NCBI GenBank assembly: GCA_002245135.1
Contig: NGBS01001176.1
Location: 62,001 to 123,159 of the forward strand
DNA: 61,159 bases
Source: Proteromonas lacertae
Lineage: Eukaryota
Direction of reading: 5' to 3'
The position numbers were made by a program, and so were the translations under genes. The notes under the pieces were generated by a model. It was not told where the DNA came from, did no database searches, and saw only the letters and a program-made list of their open reading frames with translations. The first letter of the stretch is position 1, and each line of letters begins with the position of its first letter. Positions 24,062 to 35,418 of the stretch are shown one piece after another.

Positions 24062-25026
24062 TTAGACTTTAAAGACAACAATATCTAAATTAAACTCGAT
24101 ATTATCAAGATTGAGTTCATAACCATTTTGTTGAGTAATCTGAATAGTAATTTGACCATTGGTATAAGTATTATTGAACATTTTGCTAGTATTAAGAATG
24201 TCATTGTTCTGGTATGTAATGAATGGTAACTCAGGGTTTGCTATTGGTATATTTTCTAACACATTTGAATCTTGAATGATGTTTACAATATCCAAACGAA
24301 TGGATATCGCACTAACCCATATAAGAGATGGACGATATGGTAATTGAGTAAATGGGAAATCTACTGAAAATGCAGCTAATGCTTTTTCTGTACCTTGAGG
24401 TCCTGGAACAAATTTATCATAACATAACCAATAGTTATTATTTGGAATACCTAATATCTTGTAGGCTAAATCTTTTGTTACTATTTCTATTTTTGAAATC
24501 CAAAAACTAGGTTTTGTTAAACTATATAATGCATTCATTTTACTTGCAATTTTTAAATGTTTGGTATGTTCATCATCTTTATCATCTAGCTTAAATAAAT
24601 CACCATTACCTTCTATTACAGGTGTAAATAGTATATCCTTAACTATAAACAAATCATCATCAGGAATTTCGAAATCTATATATTTTATAGAACGTATTCC
24701 ATCATTGATTAACTTAATAATCTGATTCTCATCATAAAAACCTTCAGGAATTTGTACTGATACACATACTGTGGGTATTTCTGGCGCTGTGCCATCTTCT
24801 TTATCATAATCACATGTAAATAAGAACTGAAACTATCGTTTGTCTCTGCTTGTATAGTAGGGAAAGAATTGGGTACAACTGCGTGTAATAACGACACATG
24901 AGTATAATCTTGATCAAATGATGGTAAGGCTAAGGTCTTTTTGTATCTATTCCCTACTCCGAATGTCCCTGTAGTCATTACCATATCAGAATTTAAATAG
25001 TATACACGGTGATTAGAGACTAACAT
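24062..25026 (-). pseudogene. Putative minor capsid (penton-like) protein with one frameshift near 24825
   Basis: VSLLHAVVPNSFPTI; shifted frame reads QIPEGFY...and continues into 24062-24652 (ITIQITQQNGYELNLDNIEFNLDIV). Confidence 0.7.
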
Positions 25027-25087
25027 TTTGAAAAAATAATAATGTCAATATTGGTAATATTAGTAATATTGACACTATTTTTATTTT

Positions 25088-25711
25088 ATGGAAGATAATA
25101 AAAAACCTAAACATAGAACAGTTCCATTCAAATTAACAGAATTAGACAAACAAGTAATCATCAGAAGCTTCAGAAAAGACGGTAAAATCAGAGCTCCCAC
25201 AAAATCGAAATTATATCATTTAATTTCAGGATCAAAATCAAAACTTACATACTCAGAGATAAGATATATATTGAAATACATCGAAGATGAGTACAAATAT
25301 TACATAGAATCAAAGTTTAAGACAGGTTGTTTTAATGGACCAATCATTGAACAAGTAAAAGTACCTCTTAACGCGCCAAAACTAACCGCTTCAAGCTTCG
25401 CTCAAGCCTTAAGTAAACACAAAGAACACAGAATTGCAGGTCAAAAGAAGACAAGAATGATGTTAGAACAGATTTTAGCATTACATAAGAAGGAAGAAGA
25501 GGACTTTTTACCTCCACAAGAGATAATTGACATAAAAGATGACGAAATTAAGGTAAAAGAAGAGGTAAATTACGTAAAACCTGTCACAAAATCGAATGTA
25601 AACAATTTAAGTGGTTTAGAAGACTTGTCTCCTGTTAATTCAGTTCCTAGTTTAAGTCTAAAATCAATAACAGATAAAAGCATTATAAGACCTAATTGTA
25701 TTATTTTTTAA
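25088..25711 (+). CDS. Conserved viral orphan protein (paralog of 15133-15726)
   Basis: Clear similarity over first ~130 aa to the 15-kb copy; same synteny. Confidence 0.75.
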   Translation: MEDNKKPKHRTVPFKLTELDKQVIIRSFRKDGKIRAPTKSKLYHLISGSKSKLTYSEIRYILKYIEDEYKYYIESKFKTGCFNGPIIEQVKVPLNAPKLTASSFAQALSKHKEHRIAGQKKTRMMLEQILALHKKEEEDFLPPQEIIDIKDDEIKVKEEVNYVKPVTKSNVNNLSGLEDLSPVNSVPSLSLKSITDKSIIRPNCIIF

Positions 25712-25743
25712 TTTTTTTGTTAATTGACTTAAAATTTTTTCTT

Positions 25744-25983
25744 ATGGGGAACGACATAATGACAATTTTACTCTCTGTATTAGTATTTATACTCTATATG
25801 CTAGCTTTGGCACTGTACAAATACTTTAAAGCACACAATTGTATTCCGAATGAGGTAGATATCGCAGACATTCGTTCAAATATAACTGATATGATGGAGA
25901 AAGGCTTGCAGCATGACAAGACATTGGAAGATATAAAGACATATATAGACATTGTGAATAAAAGAAAACTACAGTTTAAATAA
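25744..25983 (+). CDS. Small single-TM protein (putative viral membrane protein)
   Basis: MGNDIMTILLSVLVFILYMLALALYKYF hydrophobic helix followed by charged helical tail. Confidence 0.5.
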   Translation: MGNDIMTILLSVLVFILYMLALALYKYFKAHNCIPNEVDIADIRSNITDMMEKGLQHDKTLEDIKTYIDIVNKRKLQFK

Positions 25984-26736
25984 TTTGTAATGAATTAATT
26001 TTTTATTATATAATAAATGGCTATTTTTTTAGGGAAAGTGAAACGACTATTTTTTCAAGGAAAGTAAAACGACTACTTTTCTTTTAAAAAAATGAAAGTT
26101 ATTATTGAGACTCGAACGCGTTTTCATCATTTAAATAGCAACGGTTAAACCGTTAGACTAAATAATTGCCAAAAATAAAGTATATGTGACGATTCATTAT
26201 GTACAATGTCAATTGAAGAATAAATCTCAATCGTTGTGTCAAATATAGAAAATGAAGAAAATTCTTAGAAAATTTAAAAATTTGAATTTTCAAATATTCA
26301 AATCTATTTTGACGATGATGAAGTGCCAAAGAAGAGAAGTTACGCTGTGATGACAACCAACGGTCTCACAAAACGTTACAAAACAAGAACGGTTACAAAA
26401 ATGCGAACAATTGATGAACAAGATTTACCTGAAGAAGAAGGACCAGATTAATTAATTCAACTCATTAATTGTTTTTATGATTGAATTATGACTCTAAATG
26501 CTTTTTTTGATACTAAAAAAAAAAAAAAAACAAAAAAAAAACTATGCATGAGCACAGGCCCGTACTCGCCATACTTCAAATTTAAAAATTCAAAAATTCA
26601 AATTTTTAAAAATTCAAAAAATGAAACGGCTATTTTTAATTTAGCCTCGGGTCCAGCGTCAAGCCTCGTGGTCTAGCGTCAAGCCATTTTCGGTCTTTAG
26701 CCCTTAATATATATTATTATAGACTATGTTCTCTTT

Positions 26737-27330
26737 ATGAAGGGCTACAAGAACATCGTCCGTAAGCTCCATAGTAAAGTTAATGCCTTGATTGAATTCC
26801 TTCAGTCCACAAAGACCACATCCGATACTCCTGAGCAGTTCACGGTCTTTATGAGTTATCTCCGAGACTTCCAACAGCATAGCCTTGATCTACGATGCGA
26901 TGCTACTTCCTTACTCAGCTACTACCATCAGTTCCGAGAGAGTTTACTTCAAGAGCATCCACACTTCGACTATTACAAGGATAAGGTAATCACTCAGCTA
27001 TGGAAACTCAACGATCATGATAAGGAGGTGGAAGCCCTTACTGACTTTATCATTCAGCACGTCACCTACTTTGAGAACGTCGTAAGCAATCGTATAGGTA
27101 TGATGACTAGAGCTAACTTCAGAACCCTTTGTCGTGACTACTCCAAGATGTTTGATGAGCTGATATCCATTCTCAAGTACCCAGTCTTACAACTCCAGGA
27201 CAATCTCTACGTACCATTAGACTGGGACTCTTTCAAGAGCCTTAAGAAGTTCCATGATCAAGTTGATGATCTCAAGCAGTCCATAGCTAAGATTCAAACG
27301 ATTGCTAACTCCTTCTTAAGCTTATTCTAA
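26737..27330 (+). CDS. Orphan alpha-helical protein, GC-richer codon usage
   Basis: 197-aa intact ORF; many C/G-ending codons unlike neighbours. Confidence 0.6.
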   Translation: MKGYKNIVRKLHSKVNALIEFLQSTKTTSDTPEQFTVFMSYLRDFQQHSLDLRCDATSLLSYYHQFRESLLQEHPHFDYYKDKVITQLWKLNDHDKEVEALTDFIIQHVTYFENVVSNRIGMMTRANFRTLCRDYSKMFDELISILKYPVLQLQDNLYVPLDWDSFKSLKKFHDQVDDLKQSIAKIQTIANSFLSLF

Positions 27331-27488
27331 TTCCCTTTAGTTTGCTTACTCTCGTTATTGTTTCTGGGAATCCCTAAGCACTAGTTTCATAATAAAAAAA
27401 TACTGTTTAAGTAAAGCTTCAATGTTCTTGCTCCCACTAGTTGAGAAGCTGCTCCTCGGAGTCGATGATCAGCTGGGAGAAGTACTTC

Positions 27489-28556
27489 CTACTCTCGATA
27501 AGAGCTCCTTGAAGGTGTAAGATGTAATCGATCCTTGACTCTTGATAGTACCATCTCTTCTTTGAGGATACTATTGTTAAGACTCTTACTATTACTCAAG
27601 ACACTTGCGTAAGTGATTACTTTAGTTACTTCTTCCTGGTTCCTGTCCTTCACTTGAGGAGTTACTTGTGATGTCTCCTTCTTGAACATCATCAACCAGC
27701 AGTAAGTATGGAGTAGACACTCCTCCATTATCTGGAAGATCTCCTTGAACTTCTCTTGAAGCTTAACGATATCATCCTCATAGTAGTACAGTTCAGTAAT
27801 GACTTTGCTATCTAGTCTATCGCACTTCTCCTTCATAGTATAGAACTGCTCTAGCAAGTGATCGACCTCATTGTCGGAGATGTTAACATCTCTCAAGAGG
27901 CTTCTTGTTAACTCTCGATCAGCAAAGTAGTTCTCCTCCACAGCATTAAAGTAAGTGTTGATCTGGCAGGCTCCGTTCTTGATGGTGCTGATGTACTCAC
28001 AGTGCTTACCAAAGAGATTGTAAGGGTCCAGGCAGGTTGTCATCCACGAGACCGCATTAACCATCAAGCAATGGAACTTAAGTCTTAGACTAGCAGCTTT
28101 CTTATAGACTGGATAGTAGATCTCAGACTTACACTTTCCCATCGTGTACTCTGCTGATATCATTCCTTCCATGGAGTATAGGAATAGACATGCCCGGCTC
28201 TGGTAAATGCTCTTCTCTACGATCTCATGATCCTTCAACTCACAGTCGGTAATGCGATGTATGCAAATCCTTAACACTTCCTTAGCTTTGATCACTGACT
28301 GATGAACTACCTTGAGTAACATCCTTATTGAGCTGTGAACTTCCAAGTCACTCTCAGTGATTCCTTTGTTAGCATTGTCGATCATGATAAAGTGCGTGTC
28401 CAGAGCTAATTGTTCACACTCCGATAACTTCTCTTGAGCTTCCTTGACTAGAAGAGTCCATTCATTACCTTCTTGGATTCTACGATCGGCCTTAAGAATA
28501 CACACTCTCGGGTAGATTGGTAAGAGTCTCTTATCGGGTTGATGAATTGAGATCAT
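27489..28556 (-). CDS. Orphan alpha-helical protein, GC-richer codon usage
   Basis: 355-aa intact ORF converging on 26737-27330. Confidence 0.65.
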   Translation of the reverse strand: MISIHQPDKRLLPIYPRVCILKADRRIQEGNEWTLLVKEAQEKLSECEQLALDTHFIMIDNANKGITESDLEVHSSIRMLLKVVHQSVIKAKEVLRICIHRITDCELKDHEIVEKSIYQSRACLFLYSMEGMISAEYTMGKCKSEIYYPVYKKAASLRLKFHCLMVNAVSWMTTCLDPYNLFGKHCEYISTIKNGACQINTYFNAVEENYFADRELTRSLLRDVNISDNEVDHLLEQFYTMKEKCDRLDSKVITELYYYEDDIVKLQEKFKEIFQIMEECLLHTYCWLMMFKKETSQVTPQVKDRNQEEVTKVITYASVLSNSKSLNNSILKEEMVLSRVKDRLHLTPSRSSYRE

Positions 28557-28753
28557 GTTTCTGGAGTAGGTAAGAAATTTGATAATAGCTTATCGGCTAT
28601 GAGCTCTTCCTCTGAGGGTGTCGATGATGATGATGATGATGATGACTTCTTCGATCCGATGAATCTACAGCCTGATGCTTTACGTACTTTCTCCTACAGC
28701 AAGGATAGTCAAGAGCGTGATTAGAATCACGCTCTAGATAGCTTCCAGGAGTA

Positions 28754-29021
28754 CCCGTAGGGAAGTAGACCCCGTTGAGAAGTAGACCCTGTTGGGAGGA
28801 ATCCCTTAGGAACCTTATGTAAATGGGACTATGGCACATTGTCACAGTGTTCTAACGAGTGTTCTAGGAATCCGTCCCCTTCTAGATTCAGAGTTGACCT
28901 TTACGGGAGCTTCATCGATGCAACCGATGAAGCTCCCTTAAAAGTCAACTCTGAATCTAGAAAGGGACTGATTCCTAGAAAACTCGTTAGGACTCTGTGA
29001 CAATGTCCCAGAGTCCCATTT
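28754..29021. repeat. Right TIR: subterminal units plus ~201-bp imperfect palindrome 28821-29021
   Basis: aaatgggact...ctagattcagagttgac...gggagcttcatcg|atgcaac|cgatgaagctccc...gtcaactctgaatctag...agtcccattt. Confidence 0.9.
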
Positions 29022-29075
29022 ATATACTATATACATTTAATTATAAGAATCTGTATAATAAAATGAATAATTTAT

Positions 29076-29609
29076 ATGAAAATAAATTTAACTTTATTAT
29101 CAGTTATTTATTCGCTTATATTTTTAATATATTACAAAAGCAACTATTCAATTCCATATAAGATGTCTAAAATTCATACAGCTAATTATTTTTGTTTATC
29201 TAATTCTAATAAATACATTCTATTAAAATATAGAGTTAAATGGTTGAAATATTCGATAAGAAAAATGAATGTATCTATTACATTAAATAAAAAAATAAAT
29301 AATCAATGGTTTATTAAACAATTAAAAGATATTTTACCTGAGATGAAAATGAACATAAAACTATATTACTTCAAAAATGTGATTGTTAGTAAAAGCGGTT
29401 CAATTCACACCTCTTACTATCGTTTAAGACTAAATAGAGGATGTATGTGTAACAAAATCACAAATATTGTTAAAACTAATAACGAAAAATATGATACAGT
29501 ATATGTTATTTCACAATACTGGAGTTATACTACTTTTAATGCTTTAATCGAATGCTTAACTAAATTGTCATTTATTTTTAATGATATTTCATCAAAGAAT
29601 AGTTTCATA
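29076..29609 (+). pseudogene. GT61-like gene, 5' half, cut by hAT left end
   Basis: TM anchor; FKNVIV..GSI..GCMC..VISQYW..LIECLTKL similar to 35849 ORF; interrupted at TIR. Confidence 0.6.
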
Positions 29610-32048
29610 CAGGGTTGTATAAATCGGTCATGACCGGCGGAGAAAACCGATCGGTCGTAGGTCAATAAATAAATGTTGACCGACACCAGGCTGCAGTAAC
29701 TATTAGCTGACCTCCTCCTAAACATGTGATATTAATAATATTATCTAACTGTACATATTGAATTCAAGCTCTATATATCATTCTATAAAATACCGAATTA
29801 ACCGTCGGTCGATGCGCTTTTTTCTTTCTTCATAATTGAATCTAACCTTACCAATGAGTTATACTATTGCGTTATATATGTAATATAAAGTATAGAATGA
29901 TTATAAAAATTTGAAAGAAAAAATGGCAAACTTTTAGCTTGACATTAATCATTTCTTAAAATTATCATAAATGTATCTAATATAATCTATCATTATATAT
30001 TCTAGGAGTATAGTTTTACCAATTGGAGCGGCTCGTGAAGTTATTGCCTTAAAAGAGGCAAATATGCTTGAACATCTTAATTTTAACTTCTACAAAACCT
30101 TTTGGTATAATATGTTAAAGATAAAAAGCCTTGATAAATGCATTTGCATATTTTGTGGTGCTCGATACGCTTGTAACGTAAAAAATGGAAAGGCTGTCAA
30201 ACTTCACCAAATTAGTTCACATAATTATGTAGATGAAGATGTAAAGATAAAAAATGATGAGATAGAACAAAGCTTATTTGATTTCATCACTTACGATCAT
30301 ATAAGCACTACTGTGTTAGTTTTCGTAGATTCTGCAGTAAATTAGGATATAAGCCACCAAGAAGAGTGATATATAATGACTTTTTAATTAAAAGAAACAC
30401 AGAAATTGTTGTATATTATTTTTATATTTTTTATAGGATAAATTAAAGAAAGATTTAAATGGTAAACACGTCGCACTTGCTATAGATGGGTGGAAATCGG
30501 AGCGTTCCAGTGAACTAGTAGCTATTAGTGGATGTTATTTCAACGATTTGTTTGAATCAGTTACAGTAACACTTGGTGTTGTAGAAGTTGTTAATGAAAA
30601 GGCAGACACAATTACAGACACAATAAATTTCATAAAAGAAATGTATGGATTTGAAATAACTTCAGTTACTTCAGACAATGGAAAGAATATGGTGAAAGGT
30701 ATAAGAGATGCATGTGTAACAAATGTAAGATGTATGAACCATAGCCTTCAACTTGCTATTAATGGGGCTATGGTTAAAGGAGGAGTTATAGATATTAATG
30801 TAATAGTGTTTGTAGATCTAGGTAAACAACTAAGAACCGTCGTAAACAAAAATAAGCTCAATTTATGTATACCTACTTTAACGACAACTCGGTGGAATAG
30901 TTTATATATTATGTTAAAGAAATTTTATGAAAGTAAAGAAATATTGCATCAATATTATGAAGAAAAAACAAATGAATACAAAAACAATCTTAAACAGTAT
31001 AACCAAGAAAAACTTATAGGTATAGTTAATGCCATAAAACCAAAAGAAGATGAGTTGCTAAAATTTATCCCTTCCCCTACCAATATAGCGTATGTTATTC
31101 TAGATAAACTATGTGATATACTCGAACCATTATACAAACTTACTAAGATATTGGAAGATAGAGACATGACTATGGGAATGGCTGTTTTACATTATAAACA
31201 GACTTTATTTGAGTTCAAAACAGGTTATCCAACAAAGATACAGGAATATGCTGAGAGTATCAAAATTAATATGATAAAAAGACTAAATAATATATGTAAT
31301 GATAGTGATTTGCCTCTGTTGTGCTGCATGTTAGACCCTAGATTGAAATCATTCATTCTTCATAGTACTCTAGGGTTTAGCGATTCAGAATTTGAAAAAT
31401 CTAAAAGTTTATTAATTAATTCATTGAATTATATAAATACTGAAATCGAAGAAACATATTCAATAGAAGAAACTACATTAGATAAATATCTTGAAAAAGC
31501 AGTAAAAAGAAAGAGATTAATTATGCCAAATGAAGTACAAGAATATTTGCAATATGATATTCATTACAGCACCTCTGAAACCATTGGAAATATCTGGCTA
31601 TCATTAAAGTCCAAGTTTCCTAGGGTATACATACTTGCCAAAAACAGTTTAAACAGTCTAGCAACATCTTCAGAGCTAGAAAGAATATTTTCCGAGGCTG
31701 GACAAATAAGTAACTTATCCAAATCAAATTTATCATGTGATAGATTACAAATGAAACTGATGATTAGTAGAAATAAATAAGAGCATAATTATATAAAATA
31801 CCTAATTATTGTTGAGTATTAAATTGTAATTCTTTATAAAAAGTTAAAAATTATTTAATTGAATTGAAAATATATGAATCAAGTATTAAAATATATTATA
31901 AGATAGTTTTTATGAAGGGAAAATTAGTATATAATGAATTAAAATAGATTTTATAATATACGGCTTGTAAGGCTTGACCGACCGACGGTCAAGGCAAAAC
32001 CTATAGGTTTTGACCTATCTCCGTCGGTAACCTATAAATACAACCCTG
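29610..32048 (+). mobile_element. hAT-superfamily DNA transposon
   Basis: TIR cagggttgtat...atacaaccctg (11 bp perfect), subterminal accga/tcggt motifs, hAT transposase inside. Confidence 0.9.
30063..31780 (+). pseudogene. hAT transposase with BED finger; intron 30411-30436; frameshift near 30320
   Basis: CIFC..H BED finger; AIDGW, TSDNGKN, CMNH, TRWNS, LDPR, ERIFS motifs. Confidence 0.85.
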
Positions 32049-33693
32049 TATTATAAATACAGCAAAAAAGAAGAATAAGATTTCAATTCTTACATTTTAT
32101 TCAAATAGAATAAAAAGGATATCTCCTTTGCATATTTTTGTCATGTTAGCAATACTCTATTTGTATTATAACATAAATCCTTTAGATTTTAAAGAAATGT
32201 GTGAAGAATGTAAAGCAAGTCTTATTTTCAATTTAAACAATTATTATCAATGGAAAAATTTAGATTATTTATCAAAAGATAAAGGTGTGTTCTATACACC
32301 CCTATTACACTTTTGGACTCTATCAATAGAATTTCAATTTTATATAATTTCACCATTTCTATCATATTTATTTGAAAAAATAAAAAAGATTACATGCACG
32401 CTTATAATGATTAGCATACTTTGCTATAGCTTTTATTATACTAATCATATTTAATTAGATTTTTGGATTTTATATGTGGTATATTATCCACACGATCTAC
32501 ATATAATACAAACTTATATATGTATTATGGATCACTCTTCATAATAATTCTTTTTACTAATATGAAATTACTAATCAATTATTATCCAGGTATAATTATA
32601 GCTATACCTCTTTCATTTTCATATATATATTTATCTTCAGTATACAATAACGTAATATTAAATATATATATTTTTAGCATTATTGGAAAAGTATCTTTTT
32701 CATATTATCTTGTGCATTATCCATTTATATTTAATAATAATAAATTTACCAGTATAATATATTCATTAGGATTTGCATACATATTGTATGAAATTATTGA
32801 AAAAAGATCAAAAAATATAAATCTTAGCAATAGTTTTACATTATTTTATTACATATTGTTTGTGATTATTTTTATTATTGGAATTGATAATATTATAGGT
32901 TATAAATTATTATTAACAAGGAAAACAACCTATAATAGATTGTATATTAACTGAAGGTAATTTTAATTTAAATTCTATAAATGATAATATACTATTGTTA
33001 GGAGATTCACATATGCAACATTATTTTCCAGCAATAAACTATTATCTACAAAAGAATAAAATAACTGTTTTAGGAGTATATTTTTGGGGAAATAGAATTA
33101 TTAATAATGACTATTACATATTAAAATCTATTTTTGATATTATATTATCACCTGTATTAATAATAATTTCCTTCAGATTATCAAAAATGTCAATTATACC
33201 TAACATGACTTTATTTAATAAAAAATTCATTGAGTTTATTTCATTTTTAATTATTTACTGTAAAACTATACTAATATTGGATGAAACTCCTGTTCATCAT
33301 TATAATCCTCATAAATTATATTATTCTAAATGCATATCATTTTGTATTATTAATGTTAATTGTACAATAACAAATTATACAAATTTAAATGAAATTAATG
33401 TTACATTAATACCAATAAGATCTATATTCTGTAAAAACAATTATTGTCCTGATGTAATAAATAATATTTTAGTGTATGATGATAATAATCATATTACATT
33501 TGAGTTTTCATTATCATTAAAACATTATTTCTTTAAACTACTTATGAATTATTTACACTTTAAACAATCAAAATTAATATATTCTGAATGTGTTATATCA
33601 CAGCAAAGTTTGTATAATTCCTTTTTAAAGAAATGGAATAATAAAAACAACGATATAGTAAAACTAAATACAAGTGTAGTAAATCCTAACTAA
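32049..33693 (+). pseudogene. Acyltransferase-3 + SGNH O-acetyltransferase (OafA/OatA-like), 5'-truncated and frame-broken
   Basis: FYSNRIKRISP, PLLHFWTLSIEFQFY, IGKVSFSYYLVHYP, LGDSH, DNNH across three ORFs. Confidence 0.75.
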
Positions 33694-33744
33694 TAAAGGT
33701 AAATGTTGTACAATGATTTTAATCTCATTATTCCAACCTTTTAA

Positions 33745-35418
33745 GTTTCAAAATACCTAAATTATTTATTATATCATTTTAATTACTCTGTTTTTAAGGG
33801 AGGGTATTTAGGAGTAGATTTATTACTCATTATTACCAGTTATTTGAATATCAACTCTATACACAAAAGGGTAAATGATGCTAAATTCAGTTATTTTAGT
33901 TATGTAATAAAAAGGAATAAACGATTATTGCCATCATCTTTATTGGTATTATATATATGCATTAACAAAGCTTATGATGTTAATGAAATACTTTATACTT
34001 TATTATTTATTTCAAATTACTATTACTATTATAAAGAAAATGATTATTTTCATCAATATGATTTACCTTCTCCATTATTACATTACTGGTGCTTATCGCT
34101 AGAATTTCAATTTTATTATGTAATTCCATTATTATTATTTATAAAATTTAATACTGAATGTATATTACTATTGTTTTTCATATCGTTACTTATAAACATC
34201 AAATTTTCATGGAAGTATACTTTATACTGTTATTATTGCTTTATACCAAGATTATATCAATTTTTAATATCATATTTTTTAAATAAAAGAGATACTATTT
34301 TTTCTATTAACTATATAACAATATTCGTGACTTTATTTCATATATTGTTATTGTTATTTTGTTCAAGTAAAATTGTATATATTCACATAATATACACTGC
34401 AATTATCTCTGTGACAATTAACTTCAATTATATAAACAACAGAAAATTCTATTTACTAATGTTTATTTCTAAAGTTTCATATTCATTATACCTTGTTCAT
34501 TATCATATAATTATCATTTGCAGCTGTAGTGTCATAATAAAGGTTTTATTAACGCTTAGTGCTTCTCTTATTCTATTTTTGTTTTGCGAAGTTATAATTT
34601 CTAATTTAAATATGAATAATGTAACAGTTTTCATTTTATATATCTTAATAATTATATCTTCTTACAAAAGAAATGAAAATCATCAAAAGAAAATAATTAA
34701 TTTTAAAGAAATATGGATAGAATTTAATAAATACAGACATCCTTGTGTAATTAATGTATCCAAAAATAAATGTAAAAAAATAATACTAATGGGTGACTCA
34801 CATATGGATCAATGGATAAGCGGTATATATGCTTATTACAATAAAAATGGGATGATTATTTATTTTATATATATAAGCGGAAGATTACATATACCCTATT
34901 TAAAAATGAATTATGTAGTAGAAAAATTGAAATGTATAAAATACATTGAAGTTATTGTTTTATGTAATTTTAAATATGGCGCTGAATTTAATAATGAAAT
35001 TAAGTATATGAAAAATTTTGATCTATACTACTTAAAGCTTCAAAGGGAATTATTAAAATTATTTAACAATATAGTAATTCTTAATGATAATCCTCATCTA
35101 TTAACATCTCCTAGCGATTGTATTAATAAACAAAAAAAGCATAGTTGTTATTGTATACTTGGAATAAACTGTACTATATCAGATATTCCAGTTTATAATC
35201 ATAAGAACATAAGAAATTGTGATATGAATTTATATTTATGTAATAATAATATTTGTAGATATTCTATTAATCAAAAAGTAGTATATGTTGATCGTCATCA
35301 TCTAACTCCTTATGTCACTAATCTACTTTCAAAATATTTAATAGAATGCATAAATATTAAAATAAATAAACCAAAATTATGTTCACTTAATTTCAGTAGC
35401 TGTAAATATTATATCTGA
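33745..35418 (+). CDS. Acyltransferase-3 + SGNH O-acetyltransferase (OafA/OatA-like); start uncertain
   Basis: In-frame upstream HF...GGYLGVDL; KRLLP, PLLHYWCLSLEFQFY, SYSLYLVHY, GDSH, DRHH. Confidence 0.8.
   Translation, partial: VSKYLNYLLYHFNYSVFKGGYLGVDLLLIITSYLNINSIHKRVNDAKFSYFSYVIKRNKRLLPSSLLVLYICINKAYDVNEILYTLLFISNYYYYYKENDYFHQYDLPSPLLHYWCLSLEFQFYYVIPLLLFIKFNTECILLLFFISLLINIKFSWKYTLYCYYCFIPRLYQFLISYFLNKRDTIFSINYITIFVTLFHILLLLFCSSKIVYIHIIYTAIISVTINFNYINNRKFYLLMFISKVSYSLYLVHYHIIIICSCSVIIKVLLTLSASLILFLFCEVIISNLNMNNVTVFILYILIIISSYKRNENHQKKIINFKEIWIEFNKYRHPCVINVSKNKCKKIILMGDSHMDQWISGIYAYYNKNGMIIYFIYISGRLHIPYLKMNYVVEKLKCIKYIEVIVLCNFKYGAEFNNEIKYMKNFDLYYLKLQRELLKLFNNIVILNDNPHLLTSPSDCINKQKKHSCYCILGINCTISDIPVYNHKNIRNCDMNLYLCNNNICRYSINQKVVYVDRHHLTPYVTNLLSKYLIECINIKINKPKLCSLNFSSCKYYI

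Larger units (their letters stand above)
20823..29021. mobile_element. 8.2-kb TIR-bounded element carrying a Polinton-like morphogenesis module and GC-richer orphan genes
   Basis: Left 20823-~21075 and right 28754-29021 are inverted copies; interior holds ATPase and capsid genes. Confidence 0.75.

Noticed and set aside
28597..28845. 82-aa ORF with His run
   Set aside because: Begins inside the TIR; His run comes from a gat microsatellite; likely spurious
20811..29030. Possible TSD atatattat / atatactat around the hairpin element
   Set aside because: One mismatch, offset by 3 nt from the left end, and low complexity; not convincing
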